The notes below the pieces were generated by a model. The model searched no databases and had not been told where the DNA came from. It saw only the letters and a program-made list of their open reading frames with translations. The position numbers and the translations under genes were made by a program. DNA of 63,763 nt, filler included, from Squatina squatina (taxonomy: Eukaryota): NCBI GenBank assembly GCA_031763465.1. It is 4 parts of 4 records of this genome, joined end to end, with 100 filler letters (N's around TTAATTAATTAA, not from the genome) between each part and the next. Parts side by side here need not be neighbours in the genome. Positions count along the whole stretch, not along the records: positions 19,663 to 36,068 come from JARFOE010000115.1; positions 36,169 to 52,151 come from JARFOE010000219.1; 2 more parts are not named here. The stretch is one strand, 5' to 3'. Below are positions 24,207 to 37,389 of the stretch, piece after piece. Position 1 is the stretch's first letter. Each line of letters starts with the position of its first letter.

Positions 24207-27200
24207 AAAAATATCTGTCTGCAATTCTCAGAACACAGTCTCCGTATCCCGATCACAATATTTGGTTTAATCTATCCCTGCATGAGTTCAGCCAAGACTA
24301 TACGCATTGATTTTCTTTTCTTTGAGCCTATGACATTTTAACTGTTGTGTTTGACGACTGACTCTATCACCCTATTAACCTCCAGAAACCCCCTGCAGAT
24401 GCATTTCAGTGTTGGCTGCCTTCGGGGACTCTGTTTCCGTTGGCACACAACCCAGGATGAAATGTTGACGCTCAGAGCCGCTAAAAGCTCCCTTTACAAT
24501 GCAGCTGTGGGGCACTTGCAGGTGATTGAACTGAAGTATGACATGGAAGGAAGACTCCAATTTCAGATTCTATTAAAACCTTGCGATTGTAGCTTAACCT
24601 TGTTTATTGGTACAGGCCTAGATTTAGATTGGAGCAGGATTCTTCCAGGACTGCTGGACTATTTATTTCTGTCTGCTTTTGTTTTGGTCAATGATGTTTT
24701 ACACCAGTGTTAGCAGTCTGAATGAAACTCACATAAAGCAGATGTCACCAATTGAGTTACATTACATTATACTCGCACAAAGCCTGTGCTGCCAAAGAGA
24801 GATGGGTTGTAAAATGGGTAACCATCTGATACAAGCAAGTTAAATAAAAACTCAAGAAGGGTGGAGTTGTGCAGTCGGACAGCATGCTTGGACAGTATGC
24901 AGTGCCACAGAGCAAATTCACGTCCCCCACTTTATGCATTCCTGGACATGAATTGTGCTATGTATGGAGGTATTGATCAAAAATGAGGCACCTCCTTGCA
25001 AATGGGGGAAGGAATCCACATGGAAGTCTTGACTGAACCGCTCTTGTATGCCCTCTGTTGCCCATATTGACATTGGCAGTGGTCCGGGAGCATTGACGCG
25101 ACCTCTCGGCGATAGGATGCAAGTGGCCAGAAGTGTCAACAATGAGGCTGAAATGAGCATGTTATAAAAAGAAATGAAATTCAAGATAATATTTCAAGGA
25201 AGTTCTTTCAATTGCACTTCACTATGAAATTAGGTAATTTCAGGAGCATGGAGAGATGAGCTGAGACCCTCATCTGTGCGGTTCGCAACTTTCTCAGTGG
25301 AAGACTGTTTAAGATATATCTTCGTGGATCGTATCTGCAATCAATACTGCCTCACCCAAAACACTCCTTCACAGTGGACATTCGTGCATTGTATCACCTG
25401 TCGGACCTTCTGAGTGCAACACCTGGAGTGTGCTCCTTGCCTAAGCTTGCAACATCTAAATGTAAAATCTTGGTTTTAATCGATGTGGAAATGTTGCAGC
25501 TGAATTTTTGCAGCACACTCTCTTGACTTTCTGAAATTAAACATGTTTGAAGCCTTCCTAATTTGGAAATGCTTCATTTTTAAAAGAATTAAGAGTATAC
25601 CTGAGCTGAGAGAATCAAGTTGAATCTGGCATAGGGTGCTGGGCAGCATTTCTGCTCCCATCTCATTTCTTTGATATTCCAAAGGTTGATGAGAGGAGAG
25701 AAAAGCTGATCATTTCTTGGATGATGTATTTTCACAAGGTTGTTGGTTTTTGAATGAAATGATTGCACAGAGTCCTAGTTTTGTACACCAGATCCACAGC
25801 AGGTCTCATTGGAAAAAGCACAAAATGTGATTGTCACGATAATGCTGGGAACTTGAGTTTTGATTTTTTTTGTGCGTGTGAAGTCTGATAGTGACGTTTA
25901 GTTGAGATGATCGGTGACAATGCTGTTAAAGCACAGGATGTTGCAGGAGTATTAAGCTTTGGGTTCACTTGTATATCATACAGCCAAGGTAAATGAAGCA
26001 ATGAAATGCCCACAGTGCCAAGAAGTTTGCGGATTCTGTTGCTGGGTTAATGGAACCGGATTAGCACTGTAAACATTAGGAGCCAGTTTTCAGACAGTGA
26101 CCTCTAGAATCTAAACTAAACAGGCACCAGTGTAAAGGTGGCATGGTAGGAATTCACCATTCTAAAAGCATGGCTATTTTAGCAGTTCCAACTTTAAGCA
26201 GTGCCTTTTTCTATTTTAATAAGCTCTGATTGAATCAATGTTACTGCTGTGTACAATGGAATGGCCTCTCTGTTCCCTCTTTTTTCTCCCTCCCCCAAGT
26301 CATTAATGAAGCAGTGTAATTTTCCCAGTGAGCTCGGTAGTACTCAGCACGGAGCTACACCGCTGTCTGTATGTGCATCTGTGTCCTAGTGTATTGACAT
26401 ACAGTCACACAGCTGCTTGGCAAAGGACAGAGTCAGTCACACAAGCTGGAAAAAACAGATGCAGAGAATCGAAGAGTGGGAGGCAAATAATATGTAATGA
26501 ATGATTACAAAAAGAAGGGAGAGAAGCAGACCAATTGAGGCATTGACAAAGAGAGATCGAGAAACAGGAATACGTAGTGAGTCTACATTGTGTGTGAGAA
26601 CGACAAAAGGATGGATAGACAGAGGGAGTGATCATGTGTTTTTAATGCAGCATCTCTAAACCAGTAAAGCAGAAGCTGAATGGTTTACAAGCAGCTGATG
26701 CAGCCTGAGAGGTGGTGCATGTGGGAGAGGGGCACACACACATATAGTGTGTGTTTGCGTTTTTAATGCGGTGTTGCTGTGCCAGTAAATGTGTGAAACA
26801 TTTGGGGACTTGTAAATTGGAGCACAGAGGAAGAGACCCAGAGGGGAAGGGGGAAGTGGAGGACAGCGAGAAAGTGAGCAATGCATTTTTAATGCAGCAT
26901 CCTTGAAAACAGCTACATTCCCTCATTGAGAGTGCATCTTACATGTTCCATTGTGGAGATCTGAAATAAATCACCCAGACATGAGCGACCAGTCGGAATA
27001 TCAGCGGCTGTCAAGTGAGGAAGAGGAGGTATAGCTGTGTAATGTAAATACATTTTATGCCTTTGCAAACAGTATATGCTATAAAGAATCTTGCTGCAAT
27101 GTGGCACTTGTGCATTACACCGATTGTCTTTCACGCTTCAGAAACATTCTCGTCCCAGCTCATTGGGATGAAATGTTCCAGCTTGACAGATGGCTAAAAT

Positions 27201-29290
27201 TATGTTTAAATTTTTCTTTTTGCAGACAGAAGCATTTTTTGCACTGGAAAATAGAATAGAATAGTAATTTATCTTTTATTCAAGGAATATTACAGTCGAT
27301 ATGTCCAGTTGGTTCTTGTGGTTCTATTATTTGGCTGTAGCAAAATTAAAAAAGGTTGTGGCTGGTTTGTGATGANNNNNNNNNNNNNNNNNNNNNNNNN
27401 NNNNNNNNNNNNNNNNNNNNNNNNNNNNNNNNNNNNNNNNNNNNNNNNNNNNNNNNNNNNNNNNNNNNNNNNNNNATTAAATGTTAAGCCTTGTTGGGAT
27501 AGATGTAACTGGGGTTTTAACAGCGTATTGACTGCTAAACAAATGTTCTGGGCCTGGAAAACCAATTTTTGTATTTGTGGAGTGTCAAATTTCTCCATTC
27601 TGATAATTACAATTTTTAAAAAAACAATTTAAAAACGAGTTTGTTTGTGATATTTCAGCTTCCACCTTATCCGCATCTTTATTTCAATCTCTGTCATTTT
27701 TAAAAAGTTCGGATAAAAGCAGCTTCTCATTTCCTTGTTTCCTGCCTGTGAGAATTATGCAATGTGATTGGCTGCTTAGACAGCTTGTTGACGTCACTGC
27801 AACATTGCACTAGGAATTCCCACTACAGTGCGCTGAAATCAATTGAACGTCAAAAAAGGCAAACTTCTCACTTCTCTGTGGGCAGCTTTCTTTAGGGCCA
27901 GTGGTTAGCGCCTTTGCTTCGCCACAACTGAAAATTATGGACCTGTATGTTTTTAGATCAAGTGGCTCTAAATTGTTTTTTAAAATCTAAAAATTGCTGC
28001 CGTTACACTTTAAGATCTAAATAGGAATAATGTATCACAGGAACTGGAGAGATCTGTTGNNNNNNNNNNTATTCTCTTGCTTGAGAGTTTTGTTGGGCTT
28101 GGTGTAAAAATTAGCCTTAAACTGTTGCAGAATTCTCGCGGCCTTGTCTATAACGGAGTCACTGAAAGTTTTGAATCATTAAAGCTCTACCTTCAAGATA
28201 AAATGCTAGGCAAATCTTTTACCATCTGTTTACAAATGCATAACATTTTGATGAAAATTACACATTTGACATTTGCGCTTTAAAGAATAAAGAACAATTC
28301 TCATCAAACAGCTTCTGTTAAAACACTGTCCCTTTAAATTGAATGGAGACTTGAGAGTGCGCAGCTGCGAGTTTCTCTGATTCTGACTGATTTCACTGGG
28401 GGTTTAGACAAGAAACCGCAGGTTAGCCTTCTCCAGCTTTAAATACAGGGCCGGAGTACAGCACTGCTTTATCTTGTGTGCTCCTGTGCTGGTTGGAGGG
28501 GGGGTGGCGGTATGTGAGGAGGCGTGGAGAATTGCCTTGTTAAACCATCAGCAGAGGGGCCCACAGGAAATGAACTCTCCATCCTCCAGTTAATATTGAC
28601 CTCCTGGCTTCTGTCCAAATTGTGCTGCAGTTGAATAGCAGAGCAGCACAGTTTTACCATTCAGTACTCGGTCGACTCCTGCAGTGTATGGCAGCTTTGA
28701 GACGAATGTTATTGGAGAAAGCTGCTGTTTATTCCATCGACAAGAAAAGAAATCACTTGAGTCGTGAACAGTGAGCATGCAAAACGAGTCCTGCTTTTAT
28801 AATTCCAAGAAAACGGAAAATGTTGGGATGTAGAATTGTGCCCCTGAGAAAAAGCGGCAGTTTTCCATGTCACGGGAAGTTGAGGAATTTTTACTCCAGG
28901 GAGAGTGGAATGGATAAGTTGGAATTCTGGTGTTGCTTAAAGGGAGATCATTGTAAACTTGACAACTGAGAAAGTAAAGAAAACAGAACACGGCACAGGC
29001 ATGCGTCGCTTTGACAAGCTGAAGAGATCCATTCCTTTTCTGGCACGTTTTCATGTTTATAAAGTAAGTCGGGCGGTGTTTTTGATTTTTTTTCTCAATG
29101 CAGTTACGAGTAAAAGAGCAGCAGTTGTTGACAGGCCTAGATGTAAAAAATAGGAATGTGCTACTTTCGCTAAGACTGATAAGTATCAAAAGAAAATTCA
29201 CTGATGTCGCACATGCACCTGCCATGAGTGAATATCAGTGTGTACACAGAATGTGTACCTCACACCTGGATATATGCTAATTTGCTGTAC

Positions 29291-29304
29291 GTTGTTATGG
29301 CAAC
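29291..29304. promoter_or_regulatory. Candidate RFX X-box
   Basis: GTTGTTATGGCAAC fits the palindromic X-box consensus. Confidence 0.4.
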
Positions 29305-30659
29305 CTCATAATGAAGATATGTGTGCAGGTACCTTTGCCTGGTGTGGAGCTTAACACATTTCGGGATTCAATTTTCTCTGCTCACTAATGCAGCCACAAG
29401 ATAGTTTTCTCTGTTTTGCGCTACCACAAACTTTTTCATTTATGTTAGCAACCAAAGGAAACTATACCCCTTAGTGTCATAAAAGTCATACCAGCAGCTG
29501 TATGACATCCTATGGGCTTAGTTAAGAAGTCACTACAAAGAATGATCTTAAAAAAAAACTTGCTGATTGTTTTCTGTAGTGTTTCCTAGCTGGTCCATAA
29601 CTGATGTTCCCTCACAGTGAAGATTATTTCTTCAGAAGCCACTTGAAATCTTTAAAATGTGAAAATGTTTTGTAATGATAAACCACTGGAGGACAGCTGA
29701 TCTAATGGGAGGTGGATTACTAATTTGATGCAAAAATTTATCAGCAACCAATCGATCGATGTTGATGGCGTTTCAGGAATTATCTCTTGGAATGAGCTGG
29801 TTACTGTTGAAAAGAAGAAAGCTGCAAATGCTGAAAATCTGAAATAGAGTTACAAAAGGCCGTAAATACACAGCAGGTCTGTCCGCCTTAAAGAAAAGAC
29901 TGCTAAATGTTTCATTTGTAAATGCTCATCCGGTCAGATATGCACTAAACATTCATCTGTCACTCCTTTCAGATGCTAATGGTTCTTCTGTGTATTTGCA
30001 GCTATTTGGTTTTACTTCTGAGCTCCAGTTATACTTGTTTATCTTTCTTCCTCTCAATTCTCAGGTGATTCAAACATGGCCACGTTCGATCTTGTCCTCT
30101 CCCAACCTTCACATGTGCTCTTTCCAACAGGAGTTACGAAGTGATAATCAGGAATGGGAATCCTGCCTAATTTTTATCCCTCACTAGCTCACCAAATGTA
30201 TACTAACCTAAATTTTCTATGTCTGTGGTGTCAGCAAGCTACCTCACTTGCCCTTAGCAAGTATTGAAAAATTGCAGGCATGTTGCCCACGATTTTCCAA
30301 TCTTGGACAGGAAATCACAGGCAACATACCCAAAATTTCCTAATGCACTCTGGTGGCAGGCAAGGCTCTCGCTGCAGACTTAGAAAAGTTAAGTTAACCC
30401 TATGTTAATCTCCAGTGTGTAAACCATAAAATAGAATGAAAATGTGGAGGGCAGGGAGAAGTACATTTTGTGGCCAGTATTCTCCCATTGTTTATTGAGA
30501 AATCTACTACAATATATTGATTAACTGACTTAAAAAATCCAAATTTCTTGCCCCAGTGGATATCTGTTTGATGAAGTCCCCCCAGCATACTCCTTGGTGG
30601 TGTTACTGATGTTGAGGTGCTCCTGAACTGTGTTTATTGTGATGGTGGCCACTGCTGTC

Positions 30660-31530
30660 TCTGTAATCTCTTTAACTCTCTAAGTTATCTGTGCTCCTCC
30701 AGTTCTGGTCTCTTGAACATCCCCGATTTTAATCGCTCCACCATTGATGATCGTGCCTTCAGCTGCCAAGGCCATAAGCTCNNNNNNNNNNNNNNNNNNN
30801 NNNNNNNNNNNNNNNNNNNNNNNNNNNNNNNNNNNNNNNNNNNNNNNNNNNNNNNNNNNNNNNNNNNNNNNNNNNNNNNNNNNNNNNNNNNNNNNNNNNN
30901 NNNNNNNNNNNNNNNNNNNNNNNNNNNNNNNNNNNNNNNNNNNNNNNNNNNNNNNNNNNNNNNNNNNNNNNNNNNNNNNNNNNNNNNNNNNNNNNNNNNN
31001 NNNNNNNNNNNNNNNNNNNNNNNNNNNNNNNNNNNNNNNNNNNNNNNNNNNNNNNNNNNNNNNNNNNNNNNNNNNNNNNNNNNNNNNNNNNNNNNNNNNN
31101 NNNNNNNNNNNNNNNNNNNNNNNNNNNNNNNNNNNNNNNNNNNNNNNNNNNNNNNNNNNNNNNNNNNNNNNNNNNNNNNNNNNNNNNNNNNNNNNNNNNN
31201 NNNNNNNNNNNNNNNNNNNNNNNNNNNNNNNNNNNNNNNNNNNNNNNNNNNNNNNNNNNNNNNNNNNNNNNNNNNNNNNNNNNNNNNNNNNNNNNNNNNN
31301 NNNNNNNNNNNNNNNNNNNNNNNNNNNNNNNNNNNNNNNNNNNNNNNNNNNNNNTAAATCTCTGTTTCCTTCTTTAAGACGCTCCTTAAAACCTACCTCT
31401 TTGACCAAGCTTTTGGCCATCTGCCCTAATATCTCCTTATGCATCAAATTTTGTTTCATAACACTCCTATGAAGTGCCTTGGAACATTTCATTATGTTAA
31501 AGGTGTTATATAAGTACAAGTTGTTGTTGC
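30660..31530 (+). mobile_element. L2-type LINE 3' end spanning a gap
   Basis: CTCCTTAAAACCTACCTCTTTGACCAAGCTTTTGG...ATATAAGTACAAGTTGTTGTTG; matches the 12127 copy in opposite orientation. Confidence 0.7.
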
Positions 31531-34500
31531 TTTGAACCATCCTGCCAATAAATCTGAAGCCATCTGACCCTAGTACCAGCTAGGTTTTCAGGGTGCAGTT
31601 ATTCTGGTAATGGTTTAGGGGATAATCTCAAATCACTGGCGAATGCATACATCAGTGAGGTCATGTGATACAACTGCAGCGACATCTGGGATGCAGATGG
31701 TGTGGGTGGTGATTCAGTGGAAGAAATGGAAAGCAAAGCAGGAAAGCAAGCAGATCAGAGCAAAGTGGAAATTTGGAGGAAATCAAATGGCAAGACAAGT
31801 GTGGAGCAGATGGGAGGAAGTGTGCAGAAAAACAACTTTGAGGCAGCCAGCGAACTGGACGAGAGTAAGGGAGTAAGGATAGCAAGAAATAGAAAAGATT
31901 GTATGTTTATCGGCTGTTGTATCTGTTTGGGTTTGAGGGTTATTCCATGTAGGTTTGTTTGGTTGTGAGGAATGGAGTAGTGATGTATGCATACCTATTG
32001 ATTGTTTCTTGCGACACCTTGAGTACAAAAGTATAGTGAAAAAGGCCCAAAAGAGCACAACCTCTGTATCAATATCATCTGCATTGCACAATTAGTAAAA
32101 TGTCTGTGAGACTCTCTGAGAGTAATTATATTGCCATGATTGCACTTTGTACCTAGTAGCTGCACTAACCATTGGCAAGTTAAGTGTAGCCTGGGTCAGA
32201 TACTAATCAGAGGTCCCTTTATGTCATACTCATAGTGTGTCTGATCTGGACCAGGCACACTTTTATCTGAGCGTTATTTTTAAAATGACAGATGTGAGCT
32301 GAATATTGAAAGGGCAAAATGCAGCGAATGGTGCTAATTTAAGGCCTTCACCTTTTTGAATCAATANNNNNNNNNNNNNNNNNNNNNNNNNNNNNNNNNN
32401 NNNNNNNNNNNNNNNNNNNNNNNNNNNNNNNNNNNNNNNNNNNNNNNNNNNNNNNNNNNNNNNNNNAATCAATATCTTTAATAAATCCCTTAGAATTGAC
32501 CACGTTTGTGGAAAAGTATGTCATATTATATCAGTTCATTAGCCACATTTGTTTTGTCCATTTTGATAGAGAGATCACCCTGCTGGTTTTCCCTTGGTGT
32601 GTCCTGTCTCTGGTTGAGGCTGCAGCTGTTGCAAGTTTCAGACTGGGTGGATGAGATTCTTGTATTTTATCAATCTGGCATAATGGATCTTCATACGCCT
32701 GTGGAGAGAGTCAGCACTGATGTGCAGATTACATTGCAGCAGCTTTCACATCATCACATCTTATTTAAATATTAATAAAGTTGCTTTCTGTGTATATTTT
32801 TGAGCAGTCAAAACTGTGTTGAATATAAAAGAGGTCAGATTTTTCTTGGAGGTTGGGGGGGATATTTCATTTCAAGTGCAAATTTTTGAACATAGGCCCC
32901 TTTCTTCTGAACTCTCAATCTTGTATGCACTCTCCCTTCCGCACCACCACCCCACACAAATGCACGTGCACACACAATTACACACACCCACGTCCACCAG
33001 TGTGACATTTCATTTCCNNNNNNNNNNNNNNNNNNNNNNNNNNNNNNNNNNNNNNNNNNNNNNNNNNNNNNNNNNNNNNNNNNNNNNNNNNNNNNNNNNN
33101 NNNNNNNNNNNNNNNNNNNNNNNNNNNNNNNNNNNNNNNNNNNNNNNNNNNNNNNNNNNNNNNNNNNNNNNNNNNNNNNNNNNNNNNNNNNNNNNNNNNN
33201 NNNNNNNNNNNNNNNNNNNNNNNNNNNNNNNNNNNNNNNNNNNNNNNNNNNNNNNNNNNNNNNNNNNNNNNNNNNNNNNNNNNNNNNNNNNNNNNNNNNN
33301 NNNNNNNNNNNNNNNNNNNNNNNNNNNNNNNNNNNNNNNNNNNNNNNNNNNNNNNNNNNNNNNNNNNNNNNNNNNNNNNNNNNNNNNNNNNNNNNNNNNN
33401 NNNNNNNNNNNNNNNNNNNNNNNNNNNNNNNNNNNNNNNNNNNNNNNNNNNNNNNNNNNNNNNNNNNNNNNNNNNNNNNNNNNNNNNNNNNNNNNNNNNN
33501 NNNNNNNNNNNNNNNNNNNNNNNNNNNNNNNNNNNNNNNNNNNNNNNNNNNNNNNNNNNNNNNNNNNNNNNNNNNNNNNNNNNNNNNNNNNNNNNNNNNN
33601 NNNNNNNNNNNNNNNNNNNNNNNNNNNNNNNNNNNNNNNNNNNNNNNNNNNNNNNNNNNNNNNNNNNNNNNNNNNNNNNNNNNNNNNNNNNNNNNNNNNN
33701 NNNNNNNNNNNNNNNNNNNNNNNNNNNNNNNNNNNNNNNNNNNNNNNNNNNNNNNNNNNNNNNNNNNNNNNNNNNNNNNNNNNNNNNNNNNNNNNNNNNN
33801 NNNNNNNNNNNNNNNNNNNNNNNNNNNNNNNNNNNNNNNNNNNNNNNNNNNNNNNNNNNNNNNNNNNNNNNNNNNNNNNNNNNCTGTGACTGGCGCAGTA
33901 TTTTTGACTGTACCGTTGTTTGTATAGAATACGAGTCTTGCAGATAACAAACTTGGTTGATGCTCGCAAAATCAAATTCATTTGCACAGTGTGAAATTTG
34001 CCACATAGAGCACAGCTTCTTAAAGCCATTTTACAGAACAGTAACAGCACTGTGCTTTTGGAGGGAAAACACTTTACTCCCAGCTGCATCATTCAAACTT
34101 CAAGATGGCCTGTACAAAAGTGGATTATGTTTCAGCCAGTTCAGTGCCTCGTTTTAAAAGCTGAAGTAGAGAAAAAGATTAAATCCTTGTGTTTGCACTG
34201 ATTTCCTTTATTGAGCTGAACCAGCCTGTAGTCTGTGGCTAAAGTTCGTGTTCTGTTGCCACTCCAATGGTGGTTTTAACAACTGAGTGCATCTGGGCTT
34301 AAAGTGGCTCTTCCACTCATCCACAGTCAGTGTAGTATTATGAGTAATTGTTTTTTTATGTTCAAGTGCTAACTGTGATTGAGCCCTGTAGTGTAAGTTA
34401 TTGTCCAAAGGTTACAGAACTGACTGAGTGGGTTATAGGCTAAGGATATTTCACATTTGATATCACTTTTTTTGAGGTGAGTTTGGTAGGCAGTTTCTTA

Positions 34501-34841
34501 TTTACAACTTAAAAAGTGCTGTCATTACTGATTCTAGAGTGTCCTTTGTACAACATTAATTTAAACGGCAGGAAACTTTTGTGGGGGATGATTTCTCCAG
34601 CCTCTGATCTGTTACTTGCTGATTTCGCTCATTGCAGACTTAATTTCCTCTGGATTGCCCTGTGCAGTTGGGTGGGATAGCAGCAGAAAATGACACAATC
34701 AGGCTGCAAGGGTTACCGCTGGCTCCCTGTCCTGAGCTTCACTTCTCTCACCCTCATCCCCACTGCTGGCCTCCCCTTTCCGACCTGCTACATATGGTGG
34801 GAAGGGGCAGAGCTCAGCTTCCTGGCAGGTGTTTCTCCCAT

Positions 34842-34856
34842 TCGCCCTCTAGTCGC
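34842..34856 (-). promoter_or_regulatory. Candidate CTCF site
   Basis: Reverse strand CGACTAGAGGGCGA; motif match only. Confidence 0.35.
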
Positions 34857-35810
34857 CACTCCCTGTGAATTTTTAATACAGATGAATGCCTTGAATAAAA
34901 TGCCTTTATGGTAATATAGCCCCATATTGCAATTTCGCACCACTCCTTTCATTATTGTGGAAACTGTTAAGTTATATGTGCCTATCATGCAATGAACAGC
35001 AAATGTAACAAATCTTACAATTAGACTTTGGTCAGTATTTCTGTCTGTCCTTATCAAATTAATAGTTAACTGTTAAAATCATATCTTTGTGCCAAAATAG
35101 AACCTACTGCCACTCCAACTGAACGTGTTGAGTTTTTAGCCTTTGTTCTGAGTCACCAGAATGAGGAGCCTATGGAAGTGGGACATTTGAAAAAACTGTT
35201 TTTCACACAAATTAAGTTCACAGTCAGCTGACTGCTGTAAAGCATCAGTAGGGGTCATGTCGGAATCCACAATCCTGAATAAGTTAGAGTTGTGTGTCGT
35301 ACAAAGTTATTTTCTCTGTGATCTGTAATATTCAGCAGTATGTGTCCGCAAGGATCTCTAGGATATTGCACCAATAATGAATCATTCTATTCGCATGCTC
35401 TCAGGTTGAATTTTAATCAGTTTGTAAAGTTGGATACACAGCCTCCCCTTCCTGTTTGCGTGACTTTTGGCTTTATTTTCCCGGAAAGACAGTTCTTTAC
35501 AAACAGTTCAGTTGTATCAAGTTTGTGAAGGGCTTTCTCATGAGTGAATGCCTGTTTTTAGTTCAGTAGTACCTTGCATGAAATTCTGTTTTATGCATAT
35601 TGAAGGGCTGGAATTTCAAATTTGTATGAAATGCTGTGCTTTTATTGGCGATGATCAAGAGGAATATTGTGGTCCGAATGATTTTCAAATGCTTTAAAGA
35701 ATTCCACCTGCCTTATTTGCTGTATTGACCAGCATGGCAACACAACAATATACCTCTGATGGAACACAAATAAGTTTCAAAGAGACAGTCTGTCTGACAT
35801 GTTTTCTGAA

Positions 35811-36068
35811 CTTGGCTCAGTGGTAGCACTCTCGCCTCTGACTCAGATGGTCGGGCGTTCAAGCCCCACTCCAGAGACTTGCGCACATAATCTAGGCTGG
35901 CACTTCAGTGCAATACTGAGGGAGTCTTTCGGATGAAATCATAGAATGGTAAGTGGGCATAAAATATCCCATGGCACTATTCGAAGAAAAGTAGGGGTTG
36001 TCCTTGTGTCCCGGCCAATATTTATCCCTCAACCAACACCTAAAACATAATCTCATTACTGTTTGCAG
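35811..36068 (+). mobile_element. Second Deu-domain SINE copy with internal deletion
   Basis: A box TGGCTCAGTGG, B box GTTCAAGCC, then ATCCCATGGCACTATTCGAAG; homologous to the 10080-10460 copy. Confidence 0.8.
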
Positions 36069-36168
36069 NNNNNNNNNNNNNNNNNNNNNNNNNNNNNNNN
36101 NNNNNNNNNNNNTTAATTAATTAANNNNNNNNNNNNNNNNNNNNNNNNNNNNNNNNNNNNNNNNNNNN
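36069..36168. other. Artificial contig spacer (44N-TTAATTAATTAA-44N)
   Basis: Identical structure to 19563-19662. Confidence 0.97.
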
Positions 36169-36596
36169 TTAGCTAACAGTTTAATGTTCCTCTGTCTGTG
36201 CTCATATTAAGGCAATGTCAATGTAATACCTGGGGACCAGTGAAGCTAACATACTGTCAGATTTTGCACTGCACATTAAACCATTTGTCTTCCTCTTATT
36301 ATCTACAGGCTTTAAAGCTCAAATTTTATGCCTCTTTATCACTAATTCTTGATCACCACATCTTCTCTTTTCGATTTTCAATTTTTTAAATTTCTTTTAA
36401 CTCCGTAATTTAAAAAAAAAACTGTTTTCATTTCTAACCTTCAATAGTCATTTTTGCAGTTCAAATCTATCTGAATTCAGGAGAAAACAGGCTGACTGAA
36501 CTCCAATCCAGAAATAACACTCATTTGAGGTATAAAAGAGTTTGCAGAGAAGCTGACCTGATGAAACTGACTCCATTTTGCCAAAGAAAACATATT

Positions 36597-36748
36597 CCTG
36601 GAATTTCCTTGGGGTTCTCCTGAGCGACCATCATAGCTTCAGCAGAAGCACAGCAGAAACCTTTTTTATGTGTTGTAACTGTGTTTTATGATGATCTTCT
36701 ACAGAAGTTATGGCGAAAGATCTGTAGAACCCCCATGGAAATTTGAGG
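36597..36748. repeat. About 150-bp foldback element (MITE-like)
   Basis: Outer arms GAATTTCCTTGGGGTTCT / AGAACCCCCATGGAAATTT; inner arms CATAGCTTCAGCAGAAG / CTTCTACAGAAGTTATG. Confidence 0.65.
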
Positions 36749-37376
36749 CAACAAGGACAGAGGCAGAGCTGGACCTAGCTCTAGAAAGTATAGTGGGAAA
36801 AGTAGGTAATGTTAGGGTTAGAGGAATTTCGAGTAAACAGAATTCATAAGTTACTGAGGTTTGAGATAAAAATCCTTTCCTTTGCCTTTACATTGTATAG
36901 AATATCTTTAATATTTCATCCGTACTAAAGTGTTACAGTAATTAAAGCAAAAGTTTAAATTTCAGTAATCCTAATTTCAGAAATGGGTCAAAATTGAATG
37001 TTTTTATGTTTGGGCTCTTATATATTCTATACTTTCCAGTATTGCACTCCAGAGAGTTGGTTGGTGATTGGGATGGAAGAGGACTAGAATTGTTGCATGA
37101 TGACTGGGATGCTGAAGGCTTTTAGCATTATATAATGCTACACACCGTCAGGTTCTTCAACACTGTCATTTTTATTACTTTTTAAAACATGTCACATTGC
37201 CTCTAATGCACTCAGAGAGCTTGCTACATAATGGTACTAAAAGTCAAAAGTGAACTTTGAAAAGTATAGAATTATGAATGATTGGAGTGAGTAATAAGGC
37301 TATAATTTAATAGTTCATATATTGCGATGAGAGTGAAGTGACTTTGCCGATGTCATAAGAGCCGCTCAATTGAACA

Positions 37377-37389
37377 GTTGCTTGGCAAC
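37377..37389. promoter_or_regulatory. Candidate RFX X-box
   Basis: GTTGCTTGGCAAC in repeat-free sequence. Confidence 0.4.

Noticed and set aside
35811-35880. tRNA-like sequence with A and B boxes (also near 10400-10460 and 57620-57690)
   Set aside because: Continues directly into a SINE body; these are SINE heads, not tRNA genes.
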